Shown here: positions 63,001 to 64,000 of the stretch, in pieces
Layout of the letters: each line of letters begins with the position of its first letter
How positions within the stretch are numbered: position 1 is the first letter of the stretch
Assembly (NCBI GenBank): GCA_024704765.1
Contig: JAKMXF010000008.1
Span: 50,935 to 114,934 of the forward strand
Direction of reading: 5' to 3'
Source of the DNA: Oopsacas minuta
Lineage: Eukaryota > Animalia > Porifera
Length of the DNA stretch: 64,000 nt
Program-made: the position numbers and the translations under genes
The notes under the pieces: model-generated
Seen by the model: the letters and a program-made list of their open reading frames with translations, nothing else
The model's database searches: none
Told to the model about the DNA's origin: nothing

Positions 63001-64000
63001 TATTCAGCTTAATTTGTTATCCTATTGTAGCCGACTAGGGCAGGTCTTTACATATATTTAAGATTTCAACTAACTGTTTACTATATGTTCAGAAAGACAA
63101 GTATTTTACAACATCATATTTTACCTCAGGATACTCGATTACCTCAGTATACCCATTGAATGCATGTTTCTACAAAAATTTTGAAAGTTTGTAAATTGAT
63201 AAAGCTAAAAGTAAACTGATATTTACAATATGATTGCAATATCTTATTTGAAATCATCCTACCGATTACCTAGTACAGAGGTTGAAATTACGAATCCACT
63301 ATGTATTTGGAAATTTACTAACTTTATGTACTTATAAGTAAACAAATATTCACAATATTTTGTCGAAAATTTAGGATCTTTGAGTATAACGTACCACAAT
63401 TTTAGTAATTAGGCTTGTATAATTCGGGAGGAGGAGCGCAAAGAATACACAGAAAACTCTGTATTCCCCCTGGGCCCTTTCCCGAAGGAGACATGGCACT
63501 AGGATACAGGTGGGTACGTGATTTACTAATGCAAGAACAACATCAAATGAAGTCCAATAGCAGCTCGCGCTCGCTTCCAATAACTAAATCCACCCTTTGG
63601 TGTGGTACAGAACCCTGAGAAGACCTCCCAGCGCAATTCGGGAAAACTAGTTCCGTTCAGTATCTAAGAGTATCTAAGAGTCAGATTGGATATTACCACC
63701 TGAAAAGTGGTGACAATGTCCACTTTCATAATTAAATACAACCATAATTAGTAAATATTATTTTGTCAAACTAGAAACTTTGAAACAAATTTCTTAATTA
63801 TTTGATAAATAAATAAATTTATGTGGATCTTCGGAGCTATATATTATCGATCTCTGTAAATTCCGTACTGCGGATTGCAACTATCCAAAAAGTAACGATC
63901 AAATTACACAACTCAACAAGATTTCTCATCAGAGATCACATACATTTATCTTAGCATACTTTTGAATGCTGAACTCGAATCTGCAATCAGAATTTCTCTA

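Noticed and set aside
1-64000. CRISPR arrays, rRNA genes, prokaryotic operons
   Set aside because: No regularly spaced repeats or rRNA-like conserved sequence; spliceosomal introns and metazoan genes show this is eukaryotic DNA.

Overview
AT-rich (roughly one-third GC by eye) eukaryotic, very probably animal, genomic DNA. Single-exon host genes and short introns inside transposons would fit an early-branching animal such as a glass sponge, but that is inference only. Three host genes are visible, each a single long ORF: a RasGRP-type Ras exchange factor (13246-16203, +), a CAP-Gly protein (19018-20208, -) and a secreted, probably GPI-anchored Ig-FN3-FN3 protein (56675-57646, -). The rest is a nested graveyard of cut-and-paste DNA transposons: two mariner DD34D, one intact Tc1/mariner DD41D, Merlin, two hAT, Chapaev3, three or four Transib (RAG1-core-like), piggyBac, several MITEs and three intron-containing Ginger (Gypsy-integrase) elements. 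Most notable: (i) two adjacent Ginger elements share integrase intron positions but end in different deubiquitinase-like domains (OTU versus a USP/C19-like fold); (ii) two type III hammerhead ribozyme folds, one just downstream of the Ginger USP-like ORF and one downstream of a tRNA-like Pol III promoter. All calls come from manual motif reading; no searches were run.
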